Positions 6,866 to 14,125 of a stretch of 15,349 bases of DNA are shown piece after piece. Origin of the DNA: Verrucomicrobiales bacterium (GTDB lineage Bacteria > Verrucomicrobiota > Verrucomicrobiia > Verrucomicrobiales > V1-33). Every line of letters begins with the position of its first letter. Position 1 is the first letter of the stretch. The notes below the pieces were generated by a model, which did no database searches, was not told the origin of the DNA, and saw only the letters and a program-made list of their open reading frames with translations. Made by a program: the position numbers and the translations under genes. The stretch is taken from NCBI GenBank assembly GCA_031411295.1, contig JANOAV010000148.1, positions 1 to 15,349 on the forward strand. Reading direction: 5' to 3'.

Positions 6866-9601
6866 ATGAAAACCAGAAAACGCCTCGCTACGTTTGCAGG
6901 CCTATCCTTTATGGCTTTGAGCGCTGCGCCCGCTTTGGCATTGGTGGTGGTGATCTGTGATCGAAGTCCGGCGGGAAGCCCGATTGAGGATTTCTTCAGG
7001 GACAATTTCAGCAACGTGACCGAGATCCGCCACGGGGACTATTCGAGTTTTTCTGCCCCGGCCAGCCAGGATGCACTCCTTGGCACCGGGGCCTTCGCAG
7101 GCAAGGGCGCGGCGGATGTTTTTGTCATCGGTCGTTCCCTTGTTAGCTCGGCTTATTCGTCTGGAAACGCAGCTGGCTACAACGGCATGAGCATCCCTTT
7201 CGTCAACCTCACCGCCTATACTGCCCGCGCGAGCAGTAACCGTCTGGGATGGCATACCGGCAGCGCTGCAACCACCGGAACCCGCAATGGTCTGGAGACG
7301 ACCGTGACTGCGGCTGGGGCGGGCATTCTGGGCATCGCTGCGGGAAACCATGATTTGTTCGCAGATGCGGCGTCCTTCGATGGCCTCACCGTCGGCACAA
7401 CAGGATTCGGCGGCGGCCAGGTGCTGGCAACTCAGGGAGCGAATACGGTAGCCGCCTACTGGCCGGCAGGGAGTGCTCCAGGCAGTCCCGCTAGTGCGGG
7501 TGTGGCGACATTTCCGGCGGCACGCCTCCTCTTCAACCTGGACAATGCGCCTAACGTCAGCGAAAACGGTGCCAACGATTTCACCAACCTGACTGCAGAG
7601 GGGCTTGCCGCACTCCAGAGCGCCATCGACTTCGCGACCCCGCTGACAGCCGGATTGCCCGATCCCGTGCATCTCAGCGTGGATGCCGGGACTGTGATCC
7701 GAACGATCGATGCGCGTATTTTCGGTGCGAATACGGCGGTCTATGATGCAAATCTCGGCACCGCCGCGAATGCCAACCTGCTCAGTGCAGCCGGCCTGCG
7801 CTCGCTGCGCTTTCCCGGTGGCAGCCTTTCAAACAATTACGACTGGCACCGCAATCGCAATATCGGCGGCACCTTTGACTGGGTTTCGGGGTTCCCGAAA
7901 TTTGCCGCCATGGCGGAGTCGCTCGGTGCACAACCTTACCTGACAGTGAACTATGGCGAAGGCACACCGGAGCAGGCCGCGGCATGGGTCGCGTATGCGA
8001 ACGCCTCGGCTACAAGCACCGTGGTGATCGGCGTGGACTCCAAAGGGCGTGACTGGAAGACGGCAGGCTACTGGGCCGGGCTGCGTGGAGCTTCTCCGCT
8101 TGGTTCGAACGACGGCTACAACTTTCTCCGCATCTCGCATCCAGCGCCCTTTGGGTTTCGATTCTGGGAAGTGGGGAACGAAAGCTACGGGAGTTGGGAA
8201 AACGACAAACACGGGGTGGCAGGCAGCGGGCTGACTGGCGTGGCGTATGATCCCTACACCTACGCGCAGTATTTCAAGCAGTTCCGGGATGCGATGCGTG
8301 CCGCGGACCCGACGATTGAGATCGGTGCCCCTGTCGTGACTGGCCAGGACAGCTACGGCAACGGCACCCACGCCGTGCCGAATCCGAATCAGGGTGGCAC
8401 GCTGCACAGTGGCTGGACTCCCGTAGTCCTCGCTACGCTGAAATCGCTCGGTGTAGCGCCAGATTTCATCGTCCACCACGCCTACGCTCAGGCACCCGGC
8501 TCAGAAAGCGATGCCAAGCTGCTACAAGGCACGGGAAGCTTCGCTACAGACAGCGTGAATTTGCGGCAGCAGCTCAATGACTACGTAGGAGGAGCGCTGG
8601 GCGCTGGCGTTGAGATAGCCGTCACTGAGATGAACTCCGTTTACGGAAATCCCGGCAAACAAACGGTGAGCCTGGTCAACGGACTCTACCTGGCCGACGC
8701 ACTGCCAAGCATGGCCCGCACCGAAATCACAGCCTGCCAGTGGTGGGCTCTGCGCAACAGCACCGAGACTGGCAACAATAACAGCGCGTCCCTCTACGGC
8801 TGGCGGAACTACGGAGACTACGGCATTTTTGCGAGCGGCAGCGTATCCGGAACGCCTGCAAATACGCCCTTCCCCAGCTACTACGCGCTGAAGCTGCTAA
8901 CGCACTGGGGCCGCGGTGGCGATACCGTCCTGGCAACGGCAAGCAGTTACTCCAATCTCGCCATCCACGCCGCGCGGCTGGCGAATGGCTCGCTCTCGCT
9001 GCTCGTGGTGAACAAGAATCCCGCAGCTGCTCTCAACGCGCAAATTTCGCTCAACGGGTTCATCCCCAGCTCCGCCACTGCATCCGTGTGGAGCTACGGC
9101 AAAGCAAACGATTTGGCGAATGCCGACCTAACCACATCCACGATTACCGACGCTGCACCGACCTTCACTCGCTCCTTCCCGAGCTACTCGATGACCGCCA
9201 TCGTCATCGCGAAATCGCTCACTGCCATTGAGGCGTGGCGGCTCGCGAATTTTGGCACTTCCGTAAATGAAGGGAACGCCGCAAACAACGCCGATCCCGA
9301 TCACGACGGGTTAGAGAATCTGCTCGAATACTGGCTCGTTTCCCCTCCGCTGACCCCATCTGCGGCGGCAGTTCCCGTTCTCGCAGCGGTCCCGGGAGGA
9401 TACACCTTCACCTACACTCGTCGCGTCTCCGCGTCGGATGCAGACTACGTCGTGATGGAGAGTGATGCCCTTCAGACATGGCTCCCCGCCGTTGGGACAA
9501 GTGCCAGCCTTGGCGCTAGCGGAGACGCAGAGACGATCCGATTCACGATTCCCGGTGGCGGTGCGAAGAAGTTCTACCGGCTGAAAATCTCGGCGCAATA
9601 A
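6866..9601 (+). CDS. Secreted clan GH-A glycoside hydrolase, alpha-L-arabinofuranosidase (GH51)-like, with an unknown N-terminal domain and a Verrucomicrobia-type C-terminal domain
   Basis: Sec signal peptide MKTRKRLATFAGLSFMALSAAPALA. Motifs: LRFPGGS (FPGG at 7811), WEVGNE (putative acid/base Glu at 8180), IAVTEMN (putative nucleophile Glu at 8627), beta-sandwich LSLLVVNK...FPSYSMT. Tail: AWRLANFG...ADPDHDGLENLLEY...FYRLKI. Substrate not determinable from sequence. Confidence 0.85.
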   Translation: MKTRKRLATFAGLSFMALSAAPALALVVVICDRSPAGSPIEDFFRDNFSNVTEIRHGDYSSFSAPASQDALLGTGAFAGKGAADVFVIGRSLVSSAYSSGNAAGYNGMSIPFVNLTAYTARASSNRLGWHTGSAATTGTRNGLETTVTAAGAGILGIAAGNHDLFADAASFDGLTVGTTGFGGGQVLATQGANTVAAYWPAGSAPGSPASAGVATFPAARLLFNLDNAPNVSENGANDFTNLTAEGLAALQSAIDFATPLTAGLPDPVHLSVDAGTVIRTIDARIFGANTAVYDANLGTAANANLLSAAGLRSLRFPGGSLSNNYDWHRNRNIGGTFDWVSGFPKFAAMAESLGAQPYLTVNYGEGTPEQAAAWVAYANASATSTVVIGVDSKGRDWKTAGYWAGLRGASPLGSNDGYNFLRISHPAPFGFRFWEVGNESYGSWENDKHGVAGSGLTGVAYDPYTYAQYFKQFRDAMRAADPTIEIGAPVVTGQDSYGNGTHAVPNPNQGGTLHSGWTPVVLATLKSLGVAPDFIVHHAYAQAPGSESDAKLLQGTGSFATDSVNLRQQLNDYVGGALGAGVEIAVTEMNSVYGNPGKQTVSLVNGLYLADALPSMARTEITACQWWALRNSTETGNNNSASLYGWRNYGDYGIFASGSVSGTPANTPFPSYYALKLLTHWGRGGDTVLATASSYSNLAIHAARLANGSLSLLVVNKNPAAALNAQISLNGFIPSSATASVWSYGKANDLANADLTTSTITDAAPTFTRSFPSYSMTAIVIAKSLTAIEAWRLANFGTSVNEGNAANNADPDHDGLENLLEYWLVSPPLTPSAAAVPVLAAVPGGYTFTYTRRVSASDADYVVMESDALQTWLPAVGTSASLGASGDAETIRFTIPGGGAKKFYRLKISAQ

Positions 9602-9636
9602 CACGGGCTGCATTTCTACCGTGTCGGCACTTTCTT

Positions 9637-9670
9637 TGTCACATTTCCCCTCCGAAACGTCATGGACTTA
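9637..9670 (+). promoter_or_regulatory. Putative ECF promoter, class I (TGTCACA-N14-CGTCAT)
   Basis: TGTCACATTTCCCCTCCGAAACGTCATGGACTTA is 26/34 identical, without gaps, to 13287-13320; both copies are intergenic. TGTCACA/CGTC elements resemble known ECF promoter consensus (e.g. ECF41). Confidence 0.65.
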
Positions 9671-9816
9671 CGGCGCAATGTGCTTGTGACGACTGCCGAA
9701 TGCTGGAGCGCTTTGCCGCTGTCGCAGAGGCATGGGTGATGAAGGAGCAGCATTAATAGGATCGCCCGCTACCGCCGGGTCCATAATCTGTTTCCGAAAG
9801 TATCCGAAATATTTAT

Positions 9817-9846
9817 TGTCTGATATTTTCCAATCAGGGCGTTACT
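9817..9846 (+). promoter_or_regulatory. Putative ECF promoter, class II (TGTCTGA-N16-CGTTACT)
   Basis: Preceded by an AT-rich stretch and followed after 8 nt by ATGATG at 9855; same architecture as 14092-14121. Confidence 0.5.
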
Positions 9847-9854
9847 CTTGTGAG

Positions 9855-11879
9855 ATGATGTCCTCTGCTTCCAAATCTGATGCTCCGCAAATCCTTCCCG
9901 CCCCTGCGGGGATGGGGGATGCAACGTTGCTGCGTTCCTGGGCGGTGGACGGAAGCGATGCGGCCTTCCGTCAGTTGACTGACAAGTATATCAACCTTGT
10001 CTTTTCCATCGCGCTGCGTGGCGTGGCGGGTGGTCGCGAGTTGGCGGAGGAGGTGACGCAAAACGTCTTCGCCCTGCTCGCACGCAAGGCAGGGAGCCTC
10101 AAGGCGGATCCGTCCATCTCTGGCTGGCTCTACCAGACAGCGGTGCTGGAAGCAAAGAGCGAGGCACGGCGCGAACTCAAACGTCTCGAAAAAATGAAGC
10201 AACTTTCCGAAGCAGTTTCCTCCCCCCCCGATGAAGGTAGCAACCCGTGGGCCGAGGCTCTGCCTCTTCTGGATGATGCGATGAACGACCTGAGCCATGG
10301 GGAACGTGAGCTGCTGCTGCTTCGCTTTTACGAAGGACGAGGGCTGCGGGACATCGCTGCGGGACTGGGCCGGACCGAGGCCGCCGTGCAGCGCCAGGCT
10401 CATCGTGCATTGGAAAAACTCAGGCATCTGCTGGGCCGACGTGGCGTGGCTTTGCCAGCGGCCTGCGTGGCATCAGGCCTCACCTCCCAGCTTTCACACG
10501 CAGCCCCAGTCGGACTGGCCGCTGCCGTCGCCCAGACCGCCCCAGTGGCTGCCAAAGCCCTCTTTGCCAAGACTATTCTAACCAACACTCTGCTTACCAT
10601 GTCCCACGCCAAATTCATCACCATCGCAGCGGTCATCGTGCTAGCCGCTGTGCCCGTCGCCTACCAATGGAGAGAACATCAGCGCGTTGCTTCCGAGGTG
10701 CGCTCCTTGGAGTGGCAGAAGGCGGGACTTGGTCAGCCCGGTGTGCCAGATTTGCAAAAACCCGGATCGAAGTCCACGCCTTCCAGGCCTGCTGGATCCG
10801 ACATTGGCAATTCGTCCAAAGCAGCACAGTCGTTAAATGCCCGTGAGTTGTTGGCCAAATTTGAATCCTTGGGAATCAGTTCCCAAGAGAACCTGAACGC
10901 CCTGCTCAGGAAACTTTCAGATTTGCCGCTCGCCGACAAAGCGACTCTGCTGCTGGAGCTGAGAAACCTTGAATCCACAGCAAAATATTCGGTGATGAAC
11001 GCCCTGCTGGCGAAACTAACCGAACAGGATCCGGAGTTTGCCGCCAGTTTTGTGCTGAAGCATCAGTTCCACCCTTCACAGATTTCCAGGGTAGGCAGCG
11101 TGTGGGGGGCGAAGGATCCAGAGGGCGCACTGGCTTGGTTGGATCAGCAGAAAGCCGCAGGTGCCTTCTCTGCGGACCCCACCCTCGCTGGTGGGACGGA
11201 GGCCGCCCTGCGTGCTGGCATCATTGGCGGATTGGCAGCAAAGGATTGGCCCCGGGCCGCAAAAATGGTCCACAGTCTGCCTGCAGAAGCGCAAGTTTAC
11301 ACCGTCCATCCCATGGTGGACGGCTTTCTGGCCACCCACAAATCACCAGAGGAATTTCTACGCTTCGTAGAGCCTCTGGCTCCATCCGCAGCCACCAAGG
11401 CCATGAAGGCCTACTCCGGGCAGGTCAGGGCCAACCGCACCCCGCAGTTGGCGGAGAAACTGCTAACCGATCCATCTATCAGTTCCGACCTCCGCAACGG
11501 CGTCGTCCTCGGCCTGCTCGACGCTCAAGCTCCAGCGGAATGGAAAACCAATCTCACCCGACTGCTTGAGTTGTCCGACGATGCCCATCGGGCCAATAAC
11601 GTCAAAACGTGGTTCGAGTGGTGGTCGGTGCAGTATGCCGATGCCGCAGGAGCGTTCATCGAGACCATGCCCGCCGATGCTCCTGAGCGGGATTCCGCAC
11701 TCGCTGGACATGCCGTGCAAATGGCCAGGAAAAACCTGGGACCAACGGCCCGTGAGCTTGCCGGGCAGATAGGCAATGACGATCTGCGGTCCGAAACCCT
11801 GCTCGAAATCAACAAGGAATTGAAAACGGATGTTGGTTCCACTGGTTTCAGATTCACAACCCCGCCTTCCCCTAACTAA
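9855..11879 (+). CDS. ECF sigma-70 factor fused to a TM helix and an extracytoplasmic helical-repeat domain
   Basis: Sigma2: DATLLRSW...DAAFRQLTDKYINLV...AEEVTQNVFALLARKA...SGWLYQTA. Sigma4: LDDAMNDLSHGERELLLLRFYEGRGLRDIAAGLGRTEAAVQRQAHRALEKLR. Then an Ala-rich linker, TM FITIAAVIVLAAVPVAY, and repeats such as WGAKDPEGALAWL. Start moved from 9732 to 9855 because 9732-9854 is AT-rich, non-sigma-like and holds a promoter motif. Confidence 0.9.
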   Translation: MMSSASKSDAPQILPAPAGMGDATLLRSWAVDGSDAAFRQLTDKYINLVFSIALRGVAGGRELAEEVTQNVFALLARKAGSLKADPSISGWLYQTAVLEAKSEARRELKRLEKMKQLSEAVSSPPDEGSNPWAEALPLLDDAMNDLSHGERELLLLRFYEGRGLRDIAAGLGRTEAAVQRQAHRALEKLRHLLGRRGVALPAACVASGLTSQLSHAAPVGLAAAVAQTAPVAAKALFAKTILTNTLLTMSHAKFITIAAVIVLAAVPVAYQWREHQRVASEVRSLEWQKAGLGQPGVPDLQKPGSKSTPSRPAGSDIGNSSKAAQSLNARELLAKFESLGISSQENLNALLRKLSDLPLADKATLLLELRNLESTAKYSVMNALLAKLTEQDPEFAASFVLKHQFHPSQISRVGSVWGAKDPEGALAWLDQQKAAGAFSADPTLAGGTEAALRAGIIGGLAAKDWPRAAKMVHSLPAEAQVYTVHPMVDGFLATHKSPEEFLRFVEPLAPSAATKAMKAYSGQVRANRTPQLAEKLLTDPSISSDLRNGVVLGLLDAQAPAEWKTNLTRLLELSDDAHRANNVKTWFEWWSVQYADAAGAFIETMPADAPERDSALAGHAVQMARKNLGPTARELAGQIGNDDLRSETLLEINKELKTDVGSTGFRFTTPPSPN

Positions 11880-11937
11880 TCCCATGAAGCACCCACCATC
11901 ACTCCTGCTCGATAACTTCTGACGGCTCATTTCCGCC

Positions 11938-13191
11938 ATGAAATACCGCTACTTTTGGCCCGCCACGATCATCGCCACCGGATGCGCCCTCTGGAGATGG
12001 CAATGGCAGGCGACCCGTCGGCTCTCGCAACGAGCAGAGGAGCTTTCCAATCAGCTAAACTCCATGCCTTCCGCTGCCATCAGCCCAGCAGCCAAGGTCT
12101 CATTCGATGGTGCCAAGCCGGAATCCGGCCCCCCTGCAGACACCGGGCTGCAATTACTCCAAAACTGGCAGCAAAAAAGCGCTGCGGCATTTTCGGAGAT
12201 GACCGCACTCAAACTGAAACTGGAAACTCTGCGGGAAAACGGGAACGAATCTGGTGCCGGGGCACTCGTCTTCCGCATAAGCGAACTGGTGGCGATGGTG
12301 GATGCCACAATTGAATCCGATGATGCGGCCAAGCTGATGCTAGATGCATTTCTGATCGCACATCCGAGTGGAAGAAAGGGGGGCGGTGAAATCAGCACGG
12401 AGGCAGAAGTCCTCGGCCACCGGTTGCTTAGGAACAAGCCCGAAGCCCTGCTTGAGCTGCAAACCCCAGATCGACCGGACCTTGGTGTGCTCGCAGCACT
12501 GGCCCGCGTTGTCGAAACAAACCTGACTCGTGCGGACGCATGGATGCGTGCCGATCCCCAACGCATGACCAACCCCGATCTCCTGGGAGTATGGCTAGGG
12601 GGCATCGCCTCCAGGGATGCCAGCGCAGGGCTTGCCGCGTTGAAAGAAGTCGCAGCCCTCGACCCACAGGCCGCCCTCGCAGGCATCCCCACCGTGGCCA
12701 CCCATCTGCGCAGCAATGCGGAACGCCTTCAGTTGCTCACCCACACCGCTGCCGAACCAGACATTGCCCGCCGCACGGAACTCGTCCGGTCAGTTTTCGG
12801 AAAAATCAGCACCTTAGCCGAATCCCGTGATCTTTTCTCCAGCATCAGTCTCCCCGGCAGCGCCAAGGATCAAATTGCCACGGAAATCAGCACGAGAAAT
12901 CTAGCCGAAGAACCTGAAAAACGAGGCGATTGGCTCCTCTCGCAAACCACCGACGAAGGCCGCCCAGAAGCCTTGAGGCAATTCATTTCCGCGTGGACCA
13001 GTGCCGACTACAACGCCGCTGGCACATGGCTGGGCCAGCTCCCCGTCGGCCCTGCTCGGGACACCGCCGTGGCGGACTTCGCAGGCTTGATCCGTGATCT
13101 CGATCCTGAAGCAGCCCAATCATGGGCTTCCACCGTCTCTGATCCCGTGCTACGCCAATCTGTGTTGCAGCGAATTGAAGCGAAGCGTTAA
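11938..13191 (+). CDS. Membrane-anchored or exported alpha-helical repeat protein resembling the C-terminal domain of the upstream ECF
   Basis: N-terminal basic plus hydrophobic segment (MKYRYFWPATIIATGCALWRW), then a coiled coil. Its C-terminus WTSADYNAAGTWLGQLPVGPARDTAV...AAQSWASTVSDPVLRQSVLQRI parallels WSVQYADAAGAFIETMPADAPERDSAL...TARELAGQIGNDDLRSETLLEI of the ECF. Confidence 0.85.
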   Translation: MKYRYFWPATIIATGCALWRWQWQATRRLSQRAEELSNQLNSMPSAAISPAAKVSFDGAKPESGPPADTGLQLLQNWQQKSAAAFSEMTALKLKLETLRENGNESGAGALVFRISELVAMVDATIESDDAAKLMLDAFLIAHPSGRKGGGEISTEAEVLGHRLLRNKPEALLELQTPDRPDLGVLAALARVVETNLTRADAWMRADPQRMTNPDLLGVWLGGIASRDASAGLAALKEVAALDPQAALAGIPTVATHLRSNAERLQLLTHTAAEPDIARRTELVRSVFGKISTLAESRDLFSSISLPGSAKDQIATEISTRNLAEEPEKRGDWLLSQTTDEGRPEALRQFISAWTSADYNAAGTWLGQLPVGPARDTAVADFAGLIRDLDPEAAQSWASTVSDPVLRQSVLQRIEAKR

Positions 13192-13286
13192 TTTTCTATG
13201 ACTTTTCCTGCCCAGAGCAACGGCCAAATTCCATTGCAGCATGTCCGCTGGCTCCCGGCTCCGAGAAAAAAATTGGTTGAGGCTCG

Positions 13287-13320
13287 TGTTACATTTCCTC
13301 GCCAATACGTCATAGACCTG
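13287..13320 (+). promoter_or_regulatory. Putative (auto)regulatory ECF promoter, class I (TGTTACA-N14-CGTCAT)
   Basis: TGTTACATTTCCTCGCCAATACGTCATAGACCTG ends at the GTG (13320) of the ECF gene; an A-tract lies just upstream (about 13266-13272); matches 9637-9670. Confidence 0.7.
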
Positions 13321-14069
13321 TGGTAGCCTATTCCACGACGATGATCACCGACCCGCCACCCAATTTCCACGCCGCTCCGTTTCTCACGACACGATGGACT
13401 CGCGTTTGTTTGGCAAAGGCAAATTCTGACGAGGGCCAACGAGCGTTGGGAGAACTCTGTGAGGCTTACTATGAGCCTGTCGTCGCTTACCTTCGAGGCG
13501 TGTTTCGCGATGCGGATGCGGCCCGGGAAATGAGCCATGCGTTCTTTGCGGAAATGCTCGGCGGCGGCACGATTCATCGGGCAGATCGGGAACGGGGACG
13601 GTTCCGGTCCTATTTGCTAGGCGCAGTGAAGCATTTTGTGGGCCACCACCAGGAGGCCGCCCGGCGAATAAAACGTGGCGGCGGTTTGGAGGCGGTATCG
13701 CTGGATGCGGATGAGGCTGCCGAAGTCCCGGATGTGCGACAGCTTCCGCCAGACGCGGAGTTTGATCGGCAATGGGCTATGACGGTGATCACGCGGAGCG
13801 TGGAAGCGTTGCGTGTGCAGTGCGTGACCGAGGGACGTGGTGATTTTTTCAACGCGGCAAATGGCATTTTGCATGGACATGCCAGCCATGGAGATCAGAC
13901 CGCGCTGGCAGCTACTTGCGGCATGAGCTTCGATGCCTTCCGCATGGCGGTAAGCCGATTGAAGAAACGCCTGCGTGAATGTGTCAAAGCCGAGGTGGCT
14001 GGGACGCTGGAAGATCCAGCTGCGGTGCAGGAGGAGATGGACACGCTCTTTGCGGCACTGGGAAGGTGA
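13320..14069 (+). CDS. Soluble ECF sigma-70 factor of the PVC 'FxTTxW' type (alternative start ATG 13341)
   Basis: FLTTRWTRV...ALGELCEAYYEPVVAYLR...DAAREMSHAFFAEML...DRERGRFRSYLLGAVKHF (sigma2); FDRQWA; sigma4-like ALAATCGMSFDAFRMAVSRLKKRLRECVKAEV. Confidence 0.88.
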   Translation: MVAYSTTMITDPPPNFHAAPFLTTRWTRVCLAKANSDEGQRALGELCEAYYEPVVAYLRGVFRDADAAREMSHAFFAEMLGGGTIHRADRERGRFRSYLLGAVKHFVGHHQEAARRIKRGGGLEAVSLDADEAAEVPDVRQLPPDAEFDRQWAMTVITRSVEALRVQCVTEGRGDFFNAANGILHGHASHGDQTALAATCGMSFDAFRMAVSRLKKRLRECVKAEVAGTLEDPAAVQEEMDTLFAALGR

Positions 14070-14091
14070 AATGGATTCAACTAAATTTCTC

Positions 14092-14121
14092 TGTCACAAA
14101 TCCAACCTCTGCTGGGATACT
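14092..14121 (+). promoter_or_regulatory. Putative ECF promoter, class II (TGTCACA-N16-GGATACT)
   Basis: Lies in the 56-nt gap between two ECF genes; followed after 4 nt by ATGATG at 14126 with no Shine-Dalgarno, consistent with a leaderless transcript. Confidence 0.6.
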
Positions 14122-14125
14122 ATAC

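Noticed and set aside
9601..9637. ACACGG...CCGTGT hairpin as a terminator of the hydrolase gene
   Set aside because: Only a 6-bp stem with a 12-nt loop, and the T-tract is not adjacent; too weak to call.
9732..9854. 41-aa N-terminal extension of the first ECF given by the ORF track
   Set aside because: AT-rich, non-sigma-like and containing a promoter-like motif; the paralog at 14126 starts only a few residues before sigma2.
11884..11922. 12-codon ORF MKHPPSLLLDNF in frame with the 11938 gene (readthrough or selenocysteine candidate)
   Set aside because: No evident SECIS-like hairpin, and the 11938 ATG already gives a proper signal-anchor N-terminus; probably chance or simple translational coupling.
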